Shown here in pieces: positions 10,743 through 24,090 of a DNA stretch of 64,000 nt. Source of the stretch: Gnetum montanum (taxonomy: Eukaryota > Plantae > Gnetophyta); contig MNCI01000542.1 of NCBI GenBank assembly GCA_015680685.1, forward strand, positions 33,989 to 97,988. The letters are read 5' to 3'. The notes under the pieces were generated by a model. That model did no database searches. It was not told the DNA's origin and saw nothing but the letters and a program-made list of their open reading frames with translations. A program made the translations under genes and the position numbers. Position 1 is the stretch's first letter, and every line of letters starts with the position of its first letter.

Positions 10743-12493
10743 AAGGTGAAGGAATTAAAGTTACTCCTATAAAAGCTTTTAGACATGCTTCAAAATTTCC
10801 TCATGTTAAAATAAAATCCTTCAATGGCATGGAAGAAATTGAATATTTTCTCTCTTGGCTAAAAGTGATTAACAAGTACTTTGAACTTGAAGATGTGGAA
10901 AATCATCAAAATGTATCTTTTGTTGAAATCAAATTGAAAGGCATAGCACTTGTATAGTCAAAGAATAAAATTCATCCTTACAAGGTGAACAATGGTACTC
11001 CTATCAAGGATTGATCTTTAATGCAATTCATGCTTATGAAAAAAATTTGAGAAGACTCATTATAGATAAGAGGCCATCCAAAAATTGAAGTACTGAAGGA
11101 AAGATGATAAGAGTGTGAAGGCCTACTACATGAATTTTTGTAAGGCTTTCTAGCTTGCAAAAGTTCATTGGAATGATTATGAACAAGCATCCAACTTTCA
11201 AGGAGGACTAAAAATGGAGTATAAAAAAGAGCTAACCTTCTATGTGCCCCAAAAATTAGATGAGGCTTTTGAATTGGCTCTTAAGGAATGAGAAGAAACA
11301 TCAAGTATATAATAGATATTCCAAAGTTTCAAAAGGAAAGGACTCCAAAGCTTCTAAAGGTGAGAAAGAAGCTAAGGAGAAGTAAAATGCCAAAGAAGAC
11401 ACAAAGGAGAAATAAGAGAAGTTCAAGGAGGGCCAAGATTCCAAGAAAGACTACTCAAAGAATGAAAAGGATCAGGGAAATGGCTATACATCCAAACTTT
11501 AATTCTTTAATTGTGGAGAAAAGGGACATAAATAATGGAAGTGAAAAAACTCAAAGATCTCCAAAGGCAAGGAACTTTAGACCTTGGAAAAGAAAGAATC
11601 CTTTAATGAAGGAAATCCTCATGCACCAATGATTGAAGATATTACTAAAATTAATTCCTAGACTTTTATAGAAAATGTTAATGCCAATGAAAATCGTAGA
11701 AGAAAGATTCTCTTTAGGACTGAAGCTAGGTGTCTACATAGTGGTGAATGGATACATATTTTAGTTGACAGTGGAGCTCAAGAAAATGTGATTTCTTCAA
11801 AGATTATTTCTGATCTTGGTTTGAATACATTTACACATCCTAGGCCCTATAGAGTCCATTTTCTATCTAAGGATCATTTCCAAGAAGTTAAGGAGAACTG
11901 TATTTTATCTTTTAAAATTGGTTCTTTTAAGGACAAGGTACATTGTGACATCCTCCTTGTTGATTGTGTTAATGTTATTTTGGAAAGACCATGGAATTTT
12001 AACAACAAGGCTTCTTTTAGTGGTGCAAGACATGTTTGATCTATTCCAAGAGAAGATGCAATAAATGAATTCATTCCTATGACTTGGTAGCAATATAAGG
12101 AAAATGTCCCTATTAATGCTTCATTGATCATACGTAGTGAGAAAAAGTACTTATAAGCACATAAAAAGGTTGGACATGGTTTTTTTATCGTGTCAACACT
12201 TGTAACAAGTGAAAGGGAGCATACAAATGAACTCTCTCTAATGGTGAAACCTTTAGCATTAGAATTTTCCGATGTTTTCAAGGGAAAATTAGAAGGGATT
12301 CCACCAATGACATCCATCCAACATCTAATAGACTTCATATTGGAAGCTATAATTCCAAATGAAAGAACCTACCACATGACTCCAAATCAAAGGGAAGAAT
12401 TAAGCAAGTAATTAAATTACTATATAATGGTTTTATTAAGGAATCCATCTCTCCTTGTGTCATTTTAGCTATGTTAGTTTCCAAGAATGGAAC

Positions 12494-13391
12494 TTATGAG
12501 CAGTGGAAGATCCCAACACTCTACCATACAAGTCACAAGTGCTAGCATTCAACCAGATCATAATTCCCAAATAGAAAATGTTATTATACTTAGTAATTGA
12601 TATTGAGTTCAAAATCATTGTCTTCCCATTTTGAGTTAGTAAAGACTAAGCATATGGTTTAACTTATAGTGAGGCATATGTTAAGTGATGTTGCACAGCT
12701 CATTTTACTCCTAAGCGTAAACATAATGGAAATAAAGTAAAATGCTAGGTCTAAGTAATGACAAGAATTTACATCTATTCTAGCCTACACCAATGAACAT
12801 CTAGTCAAGATTTACTGTACATGCCTTGGGCTTATGTAACTGTTACTGAGTTACCAAGCATTATACTACTGGGCAAACCAAACAATAACACTACTAGGAT
12901 TACCAAACGATTACACTTAAATGCATGAAACCAATTGTACTCATTCCACTTTACTAATGAACAAAGAAAAGTAAATTTCTTTGAGAATGTAAAGAGTTAA
13001 CTAAAGAAACATGAAAATTAATCTAAGTAAAATAAGAAACTAAGTGGATGCTGCAATGATGAAAAGAAATCTCGATCTTTATTTCCAATCATGAACTTTG
13101 CCCAAGTACATTTCACTCAAATAAAGATTCCGCACAACTACTAAACATCACATTGCAGCATTCACTCTATTGTTAACTTAGGAAACAAATTGTAAGAATT
13201 TTTCTAAGACTTGGAATGAAAAGTTACAATTGTGCATCCAAGTCTCAATATTTATAGGGTTGCACACATCTTGAGACATCGCATCAACGATGATGTTGCA
13301 TGGGTTATGACATCATATCTACAACATCATTGCTATGATATGGTAGATATGATATCACATTGCAACAAAAATTGACTTTATTAGACACCGA
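12494..13391 (-). mobile_element. Athila-like solo LTR inserted at the start of the CRM RT
   Basis: Splits LVSKNGT|RMC of the RT. The left end TTATGAGCAGTGGAAGATCCCAACACTCTACCATAC resembles the reverse complement of the family F/C LTR end. Minus-strand TATA CCCTATAAATA near 13249-13259. The TSD is degraded and the right boundary is approximate. Confidence 0.75.
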
Positions 13392-15997
13392 TGAATTAAG
13401 GATGTGCATAATTCTAGTGATATTAATAGGATTACTATCAAGTCTAGATTCCCTATTCCTAGGATAGATGACATTCTTGATGTGCTTTCCAATGTTGATA
13501 TTTTTTCTAAAATCAATTTAAAAAGTGGTTATCATCAAATAAGTATTAGACTGGGAGATGAATGGAAAATAGTCTTTAAGAAAATTGATGGCTTATATGA
13601 GTGTTTAGTCATGAATTTTGGGCTAACTAATGCTCTATCCACATTTATGGGGCTCATGCATGAAGTCCTAAGGCATGCTATTGGTAAATTTTGCATTGTT
13701 TTATTTGATGACATTCTTGTTTACAATTCTAAGAAAGTGGACAATATACATCATTTGAGGATGATATGCTCCAAGTTATAAGAGGAAAAGTAGGTGATTA
13801 ATGCCAAGAAATTCCACTTCATGAAGAAATAAATTGTCTACCTAGGTCATGTTATCTCCAAGAATCAAGTCAAGATGGAACTAAGTAAGAAAGGCAATTA
13901 AGGAATGGTCTTCACCTAAGGATGTGGGAAAGGTGAGATATTTTCTTGGTTTTTTTTGGCTTCTATAGGAGATTTATTAAGAATTTTAGTTCCATTGCAT
14001 GGTATATGCTCTCATGTTTGAAGAAAAATTTAGACTTTATGTGGGATAATGAGAAAGAAAAATACTTTCAACTATTGAAATAGAAAATTTGTAGTGCTCC
14101 AATTTTGGCAATTCCAAATGTCTTAAAACTTTTAGAAGTGGAAGTAGATGCAAGTGTGCTTGCTATTGAAGATGTAGTTTCTTAAGAAGATAAGCCAATT
14201 GCATTCTTTTCTAAACAATTAAATGAATCTAGAAAAAAGTATAATGTGTATGAAAAGGAGTTATATGCTATACTTCAAGCCATTAAACATTAGAGACATT
14301 ACTTGCAAGGATTGAAGTTTCTTTTATTTACTAATCATAGAGCACTTCAATTTTTGGATTCTCAAAATAAATTGAGTGCCAACCACATGAAATGGATAGG
14401 GCAATTGCAAGTATTTCATTTTGTTTTGAAACATAGGAGTGGCAAGTCTAATGTTAATGTTGATGCTTTGTCTAGAGTTCATGTTGTTTCTTCTAGTGTG
14501 AAAGTTCAAGGATTTGATTCTTTTTCTTCATTATATCCTAATGATGAGGACTTTAGTGAAATTTGAACAGCTATCTTCTCCATTATTAGGAAGGATTGAT
14601 CAATGGAAATCTTATCATGTGATGGATGGAATTTTGTTTAAGGATGGAAAAATGTGTGTTTCAAAGTATGATTTTACGTACAGACTCCTTAAAGAGAAAC
14701 ACCAAAGTGACATGAATTCACATATGGGCAAGACTAGAACATTGGAATTGGTAAGAAAAAATTACTTTTGGCCAAGTATGTATGGAATTGTGGTTAAATT
14801 TTTAAAAGAATGGTATACTTGTCAAAAATTAAGGGAGAAAAGGTATAGATGATCATTATCTATCTTTTCCAATTCCAAATGCTCCTTGGAAAAGTATTTC
14901 TTTGGAATTTGTTTGTGGCATTTGTAGGATAAGATCTGGTCATGATTATATACTTGTTGTAGTAGATAGATTTACCAAGATGGCTCATTTTATTCCATGC
15001 AAGAAAAGTATTGATGCTTCCCATGTTGCATATTTATTATTTCAACATGTTGTGAGGCTATGTGGCATTCCTTTAAACATTGTGAGGGATGGGAATGTCA
15101 AGTTTACTAGCCATTTTTGGAGATCACTTTGGAAACTACTTGGAACCAAGTTTTCTTTTTCCACAGCCAATAACCCCCAAACTAATGGGCAAACTAAAGT
15201 TGTGAATAGGTCTCTATTAAAGATCTTGAGGTGTTTATGTGAGGATCAACCTTAAAGATTGAAAAACATGTTGGACCATGCTGAATTTTCATATAATAAT
15301 GATTTTCATTCTAGCATTGGTAAGAGTCCCTATATGGAAAATTATGGATTTTCACCAAGAATGGTTGATGAGTTGAGGAAATTTGAAGATTCTACCTTTT
15401 TGAGTTCAAAATTTGTTGAGAAAATGAGATAATTACATCAAAAAGTTAAATCTCACTTAGAGAAAAAGATAAATATTGTGTCTTCCAAGAATAATGAGGG
15501 TAAGAAAATTAATTTCCAAAGTGGTGATTATGTTTGAATTTACTTGAGCAACGAAAGACAAAAGAATATGCACTTCTACAAGCTCAAGTTAAGAAGAATT
15601 GGTCCATTTCAAATCATGGCCTAAATCAATCCAAATGCTTATGAGATTGACTTACCTAATGATTTGCCTATTTCTTATGTTTTTAATGTTTTAGATTTGA
15701 GCCCATACCATGGGAATGTGATTGCATTAGACTTTAGGATAGTCTTGAGATCCTCAAGGGTGCACTTGAAGACTCAAACTCAACCTAGCCACCAAGGAAA
15801 GCAATTGTGTTGCAAGCAAGGGAGGCTAGGAACATAAGAGGTAGAAAAGTGCATGAGTAGTTGGTGCATTGGAATGATGAAGGATCTAAAAATGCTATTT
15901 GGATCCATGAGAAAGATATCGCTTTGTGGAGGCTTACTGTTATCCCAAGTGTACAGCCAAATTTTGAACAAGTTTAAATTCTTAAGGATGGGAGAGA

Positions 15998-16740
15998 TGA
16001 TGAGGACATCACTTAGCCCATGTCTAATTCTCAATATGTTTGTGCATAGACGTTTGTGTGTTGTTGTGTTTGTCTTTTAGTGTTGTTTTGTTGATGATGA
16101 TATTAGTGTATTTTGACATGTTTGGGAGTTTTTTTTAACTATTTTGATGAGTCTAAGAGGTTCTAAGGGTATGGAGGTTTTTTTAGAGGTCTTTGGGAAA
16201 TCAAGACCTCAAAATGAGCATTTTTAATTTTGGCCCTGATAGTTAGAAGTCTAAGTTACATATTAGATGTCCCTCTTGATTTATATACATCTATTCTAAC
16301 ATCTGTGAACTTAGGATATATGTCTACTATTTCCTTTATACATCTAATATGGATTGTAACGAACATTAAGTTGAATGGTAAAGTGAAGGGAAGATGAAAA
16401 TACATAGGTGAGAATGATATAAATAGACCTTTTGGTCTTGCAATTTGGTGAAGAGAGAGAGATTTTAGAAAGAGAGAGGTAAGTTGAGAGAAGAATAGAA
16501 AGAGATAGAGTCTTGTCAAGGTGCCTTGATCATCATCCTTATGAGTGTGTGTTTTCTTTAATTGAGTGTGTGAGGGTTTGATTGAATCTCTTCTCTATCC
16601 TTGGGAATTATGCTTACTTTCATATGTAAATTATCCATTTGAGCAAGAAAAAAACCTTCATTTTCCTTTTCTTATTCAAATTTGCTATTTTGTGACTTTT
16701 AGAGAGCTTGGATTGTGGAATCCATGTGATCTCCTCATCA
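15998..16740 (+). mobile_element. 3' LTR of the CRM-like element
   Basis: Perfect 9-bp inverted termini TGATGAGGA...TCCTCATCA. TATAAATAG near 16418. Preceded by the PPT. Confidence 0.85.
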
Positions 16741-19464
16741 AAAAATATATTGTACTAAAGAGGGAGATCTGGTGTAGGGTAGTCAAGGTACTAAGTATAA
16801 TAGTCTATCTAACCCTATTAGACTGGGTGTAGAAGACTTTGGAATTTTTGTAGAATATATTTATAAGAAATGTGGTGCTATCTTTTATTAAAAATAACAA
16901 ATGCTTACTATGATAACATGGAATGTAAAATTCCTTAAGGATAAAGAGTCTAGGTGCATGATAAAATTTTCATATAGGCATCTTGAGGTTTCTTAGTAAA
17001 TTTGTTTGTGGAAGGAGATGATGATAGATAACTCAATTAGTCATCAAATACAATATCATTTATGTAAAAATATGAAAAGATCTTATCCTTACAAGAAAAG
17101 AAGACATGTTGATATATCTAACACATATCCATCACATGATGATAATTCTATTGGTATCAATTTATCAAGTGAAATCACTACTCCTCTTCTATATCATTAT
17201 CTAATTCTATCAATGAAATTCATTATTGTAGGAAGGGATGTCTTGATATAATAAATTTGGTAGAGCTAGTCAAAGTAAGAAAATTAATGCATGATATGTT
17301 TGGAAATATGAAAAGAGCCTTCATTCTCAATTAGTTGTACATAAATAAATAGGTTATTAAAGATATATTTATAGCCAGGACATTGTAAAAAAAATTGAAG
17401 GTTAATTCATAATATTCTAGTGCATTTTACAACCATTTAAGTAGTTTTAAAAAAGGTAGTATTACAAGTGAGCATGATAATATAAGAAAGATAAAACCAA
17501 GGTCACATAATACATCATTGAGGAGTTGACAAAAGACTTAATTGATCATTCTCCAAATACATCAAGGAAGATTATTCAAGATGATACATCAACACCAATG
17601 AAATCATTACCAATGACAATTCATCAGATAATCCTTCTTGATAATTATGTCAATCCCAAGAAAAAGGCTATGAATCTCCCTATCTTGAGTAGAAGCCTAA
17701 TATATAAGTTATTTTCAAAATGTGATGTTCATGAAAGCATATGATTTTAGTGTGTTGAACATATTAGAATTTATATTATAGAAGAAAATCAACTTATGAT
17801 CATGTTAAGAAAAGAACAAATCCAAATAGGATAAGCTCTACATATGGATTATGTTAAAGTATGTAGGCATGCATACTATGCCCATTGAGATTTGACAATA
17901 AGACATACTAATTTGTATTTAAGTATAATCCATGATAATATGAATAGAAGTAACACAATATTACACATATTAATTCTCTTACCTAAGGAAGTATCAAGAA
18001 GAGACAAATTTTAGTTTTTATTGATAGGAAAACTAGTATGTGGAAAGGGTAATGATGGATTTTACCATTTCACACCATTTTATATAAAAATGAATTCTCA
18101 GTTTACAATGACTTCTCTTGCAAAGTGCTTATGTGATTTCAGGTAAGGCTAATCAACAAGCCATGTGGACTTTCTTGTATTACTAAGGAACATTCAAAAT
18201 TTTTTTATGCATTGCTTAATAACTCCATTGTCCCAAATATCAATAGCCTAAAATATGAAATCAAGAAGAAAAGAAAATTTATAAGACAACATGGACCTCT
18301 TCTAGGAACTCTATTTCTGCAATGAATAATTATGATGGTGATTACAAAAAAAATGTTTTTTTATTTCTATCCTTACTAACACAAAGGGTTTTCAATGTCA
18401 TCAAATTTTGATTTCTTCTTGTTGGTCACATTCATGAAGACATAGATTGAAGTTTTAGTTGTCTATCAAGAATAACAAGGAAAAATGTTATATTCAGTCC
18501 ATCACAACTTATGAATATGCATCATATAGTAGACTATGATAGTGGGTAGAATTATAGTTCTTAATTTATAGAGAATGTTTATGACTTCAAATGATACTTG
18601 AAAGATTATGTCAAATCCAATTAAAAACTTAGTTGGGATATAAAACATCCATTACCTTATATTTTATATCATTGATGGAATGCCAATAATTCATGGGAAA
18701 GAAATATAAGAGAAAAAGTATGGTTTGATCCAATTGATATATGGACAAGAAAGGATGATTAGCCATATCTTGCCATGGAAAAGCCTCCGAAGATATCATG
18801 TTTGGCTATAGATGAATAAGAAATAGAAAATATTATAGAGAGCATTCATAGCTATATTACAATTTGGGTTGATGAAATCAAAAGAAATCTCCAAAATAGG
18901 GATATAATAGTGTAGGAAAAAAAGAATGAAACATTAGCAAAGGATTATCTAACAACTTGATGATTTAAAAAATGGATAAGAGTTTTCTTAAAATTTGAAT
19001 TCAAGGTTCTGGTCAAGAACAAAGAAAAGTGTCTCTAAAAAATGTGTGAAGGAATAGAAAATGCATAATATCATTGTAGAAGAATTAGTTTATGTTTAGC
19101 ATTGAAAAAATAAGTCAAAGATAACTTTTAATTAATTTATAGATTTCCATGTAGAAATGATGCTTCTTGTACATCCTAGAAATAATGAAGATATCATATG
19201 AGTTAGCATATATATGAACTTAGAAGTTGAAGAACATGATGGGAAGATAAAAAAGGCACATGTTGAATGGTAAAAGCCACAGGGAAATTCAAAAAAAAAA
19301 AATTGTAAGAGATTGACTTATAAATTTTGTATATTTAGGACAAAGATGTATAAATCTAAAAAACATTGTATATGCATGGATATCAAACTCAAAAAACACA
19401 TGTAAGGTTAAGATAAATAAGAAGGCCAAAAAGGCAATAGAGGCTCTACTTAAGAAAACTTAAG
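16741..19464 (+). pseudogene. Sola-like / DUF7869-type DDE DNA transposase pseudogene, 5' part interrupted by the CRM element
   Basis: FSKCDV; HMDYVKVCRHAYY; SIIHDNMNRS; GKLVCGKG...NSQFTMTSLAKCL; TLFLQ/MNNYDGDYKKNVFLFLSLLTQRVFNVIKF*FLLVGHIHEDID*SFSCLS (about 18308-18469); C-terminal MLLVHP...VEW*KP. Matches the LQxDN..NKN...FLxVGHTHEDID pattern I know from bryophyte, algal and animal transposase-like proteins. Boundaries approximate. Confidence 0.75.
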
Positions 19465-22400
19465 GTGGAAAAAATTATCAAACTAAGAAAAATGGAATAA
19501 TTCATTCTATTAGAAAGTTTGTTGTATTGTTGGAAGGATTTTGCAAATGAATGTTAGTTAGGGAAATTGTAACCATACCTCCATAGAATTGTAATTTTGT
19601 ATTAAGAATTTATACTTCGTCAATCTTTGTAATTAGCTAAGAATTAGGATTTACTAAAATATGAGATTCATTAAATTTTTGGAAAGAGCCTTAAAAAGGC
19701 TATTTCTATTCCTATACATTGAAATTTTATAATAAATTATTCTACAAAAAAAAAAGTTTTAATTGACTAAATAAAAACTTTCATAACATGATTTAACAAT
19801 ATAATAAATTTCTAAGGATATATAGCACCTTAGATTTTCCAAAATTAATGGCAATTTCCATATTCAATAAAAAAATGTGCTTATGAGAAAAAGTTTTCTT
19901 TACAAGCTATCTATCTCAACTAATCAACACTTCCTATAATACATGTAAATATATTCACAAAAGTTTCTATCTTTTGTAGTTTCTTTATTATCATTTGATC
20001 ACTCTTATCATTAACATTAACTTGATTACTTATATTTTTAACTTCAAAATTGTTTTTTCAATTCTTAACTTTAATACATTTTTTTCTTTTCCTTAACATC
20101 TGTTTTTCTTGAGTAGAATAGATAAGTATGAAACAAATGTACTTCACAATCAAAAAAGTTGCAAGAATTAGAAAGATTATAATAAATAATTGGATAAATA
20201 TAAGATTTCTCTACTACTTATAAAAAAATTGCTTTTTTTTTAAATTTAAGAAGATAAATTTCAAAAAAAAATTTACAAAAACCAAATATTATAGAAATAG
20301 ATTCTATATGCTTAATGGGACCAAGAAGACTAACAATTTTTTATAAATCTTTTTGAAAAATTAGTAGAAGATTAAATAACTTGAAAAAACATGAAGCTTT
20401 AGAATATGCTTCAAATTGGATATCAAAATTTGTAGTCCACTTACAAATGATAAACACTACATCCTTATGTATAACTAATCCTATATCTTAAGCATGCTAT
20501 ACCATTGAAACATTGTCTAACCCAAAAAGCCAAAAAAATGCAAGAATAATACCTTGCATAAATGACTAAATATTTTTCTTTTGCATCACATCATTTAACT
20601 ATGAAGCAAAACTTCAAGTATGAAGCATGTAATCCAAAATTTTAATAAACACATATCATGATGTAAGGTCAGTAACTAGTAACTCAATTACATCATTAAG
20701 AAGAACAAAATCATGGTCTTACTTACATCAACATCATTAAAAGAAGCTGTTAAAAATTTCTTCATGTCATCAACATCATTAGTAGATGTTACAAATTTTT
20801 TCTTATCAACCTGTAAATATATATTTTGAGAATCAACAAAAAGTTCTTCATTGATAGAAGAAGCAGAAATTTCCGCATTGGCTAAAGAAGTTGGGAGTTA
20901 TTTAAAATCCCCCATTTGAAAATTTTGGAGAAATCAAATTAATTAAAGAAACATCAAATACATTGGAGAAAAGAAATATCCACTTAAAAAATATTTTCTT
21001 GAAATAATATGAAATTTTATTTCATGGTATCATTAATAATGAATTGCTACTATCATGTTAGTAGTACTTTCTCACAAAAGGGTTTAGCCATCCAAATTCT
21101 AGTTTTTTCCTTCCCAATGCCCCCTCCCTTAGTGTTGATAAATAAGATAAATTTCAAAAATCAATAAAATTATAGATAATATTGACAAAATTGATAAAAT
21201 TATTAACAAAAAAAATTTATCCACAAAAGTACAACAAACATTGGAAGATTGAGGTTACCAAGATTGAAACTATAGGTGGAGTTGGAAATGAAGAGGATAA
21301 TAGAGTAGACAAAGAAAATTTGAGAAATGACAAGGAAGAATACCTACATCAAATTGATCAAAACCATATTCTTCAACAAACCATCTTAACAACATCATTT
21401 TAATTAATGTATTTTTTCAAGCAACTTATTCTTAGAAATAACTTCCAATGCTTGAAATCATTAAACGATATCAAAAACAAAAAATATGAAAATAAAAACA
21501 AAATTAGCATATATAATAAGCCTACAATAAAAAAATGCACAACAAAAATGAACCATGGAACACAAAAAAAATTGGAGTAAACGAACAACATAAATAATAA
21601 CAAAGTGGAGAAAATAAGGGAAAATAAAGAAAAGAAAAAGAAAGAAATGGTAAAGAAGAGAATGATATACTAGATTATATATAATTTATATCTATGTGGT
21701 TGAGATTCAAAATAAAAAATCAAATTTGGGACTTTAAGGATGATCTATGAGCTAATAATTTACACTTTAAGGATGAACTATAGGTTTGTAGACAAATGCA
21801 GCATTCCAATACTAGCAATTTCAACCTCTATTTACTCTTATAGCATAGGAATGCTAGGTTAGAGAACATAAAAAAATATGAAAATTGACAATAAAAAAGA
21901 CACAAAAAATTATGATAGCAAAATACCCATGACTAAAAACATGATACAAAATAAAATTGAAGCCTAATTTAAAAATATCTTTTAACTAGTAATTAACTAC
22001 ATGTATAATCATAGCTTACTCAAATGTCAATTAATATCAAATTCATATCTATTATGTTATATTTTAAGGTTTGATACCCAAAATTCATATCTATTATAAT
22101 AAATCATAAATTATTATGTGCTAGTAAGACATGGAATATTCATGTATCCAAAAGTTCATCAAATAAGATTCTCATATCTTAAGATAAATAATATTATTTT
22201 TAGCCATTAATTCTAGAGCAATTAACTTTATCACTTCCATGTCCACCAACTTAATTTTCACCTATAATGTAATCTAAATGAGTGAGTCAATCCACCATGA
22301 TTAACAAGGAAAACATTGTACAAATTCCTTAATTAATTTATAGCTAAGAACCATGGAGTTGATTTGGAAAATATAAGATATTTTTCTTGTATAACATGTG

Positions 22401-23479
22401 AGGACATGCATACATATAATCACACACACATTATAAGTAAGCACATCAAAATAACTACTTCCAACATCATCAAATCATCAAAACATCGTGGCAAATAGCA
22501 TCCACCAGTCAATATATAATGTAACTAGTATAGTTTTCATGTAAATGTTTCCTCATTTGTAATTTAAAAACCTACTACAGTTTTTTTTATTAACACTATT
22601 TACTAGTGATCATAGTCTAGCTAAGTGTAACTAACCCAAAGCCATGATTCTTTTAAAGAAGTCCTCCTCCCAAAAGGTTATGGTAGCAAGTCCTAATCTT
22701 CCTTTGTAATTCTAGTTAGGACTCATCAAACATAGAGTCCATTGCTGTAGTCAATAGAAGGAATATAGAAATCCATCTTTAATCCTAACAACCTACTAGT
22801 CCATTTATCCTTGAATTCTAGTGCCATCTATAAACATCAACATCACATCCATATATAGTTACAACATAATATATAATAGTCAAATATAGTTCCTTTAATC
22901 AAACTTTGAATCATGCTCAATATGCAACATATTACAAATATAAGTTCTATGTGTATGATAAACTAACATAAACAAATGAACATATAGTGATAGGAGAGTC
23001 AATAACAATTTACAAAATCACTACTGAACATATCCTTTTATTTTCAAGCCATTTATCAATACACTTTCCATATCTAGTATCAAATCTTTATCTTAATGCC
23101 TTGGAACTACTAGTTTTCACCTTTCCAATCTTGGCAATGTCTCAAGACTTTTGGTTTCATCTCACTAATCTTAGCAATATCCATCATACTAGCACTAATT
23201 TCTTATTCATCACAAATTCCCCATCCATATATATTGTAAAAAAATTCACTTACAATACCTTGAAAAGGTTGACAATGTAGCTAATGATGGGTATAACTTT
23301 ATTGTTTAAAATATCTCCATGACTAATTAAAACATCATCCTTGAGTCATACAAATTGAGATTGAGTTTATTACAAAATTGTGGAAGTGACACTAACCAAC
23401 ATTGACTACATAGACTAACTAACATTATAAAAACTAGAGTATTGCATTACAAAATTCATTCAAGTGGTGTACATTACAA

Positions 23480-24090
23480 AAATGATCTCCATAGTGGTTC
23501 TTCATCATCTTGTGTTTTTTTCTTCATTCTTATAAGTGGTGATTTTTAGCAGAGTTGGCTACCTAATTAATCTAACTTCCTACATGGAAAAGTTCATGTT
23601 TCTCTTAGTTAACCTTAATAACTCCAAATTGGTCTTCATCATTTTTTCACAAATGTATTAGAGGCTATTCTCAAGTAATTACTTCTCTTTCTTCATCCTC
23701 TTCAACATCTAATTTTTCATCATGAGATCCTTGTTATCTTTTTACAACATGGCAATGGTGTTTTCAAGGGCATGTAATTCAACTCTAGCATGTAACATAG
23801 CCTACATTACTTATATTTTTCTCATTTCAGCGCCTTTTTCTTGACCACAGACATGTGATTTCATTTTTTTGGAATTGACCAAGCATTTCCTAAGCCACAA
23901 ATCATGTGGGATCATTTATTTGCACATGAACTTGAACTATCTCTTCTTGTATGTTTTGAACATCCAACTTTGCTTGTTGTACTTGGGCTTCAAATACTTC
24001 TAGCTTTTCCTTGATTAAGATGAGGTTATTGTTGGATATTGCATAGGTGTCAATGCATCTCATGTTACATATTATTTTGTCTAGGGTCAT
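23480..24090 (-). pseudogene. Degenerate coiled-coil ORF of unknown, probably transposon, origin
   Basis: ORF 23902-24090 (LIKEKLEVFEAQVQQAKLDVQNIQEEIVQV) and continued E/K-rich minus-strand coding bias. Confidence 0.35.

Larger units (their letters stand above)
10743..16740 (+). mobile_element. Degenerate CRM-like chromovirus (Ty3/Gypsy): gag-PR-RT-RH-INT-chromodomain plus 3' LTR; 5' LTR missing
   Basis: Gag FNG..EYFLSWL and KLKGIALV. Protease ILVDSGAQENVIS...HPRPY...CDIL...ILERPW. RT FPIPRIDD, NLKSGYHQI, VLFDDILVY. RNase H EVDAS. Integrase VVVDRFTKMAHF, PQTNGQT, FNVLDL. Chromodomain-like LVHW..EGSKNAIW near 15860-15903. Polypurine tract (PPT) GATGGGAGAGA. Confidence 0.9.

Noticed and set aside
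21400-21603. Hydrophobic membrane-protein ORF
   Set aside because: It is a by-product of an A-rich low-complexity tract read on the minus strand.
23040-23150. GIY-YIG/T5orf172-like motif (minus strand AKIGKVKTSSSKALR*RFDTRYG)
   Set aside because: The resemblance is too short, it overlaps a local repeat, and the upstream motif is missing.
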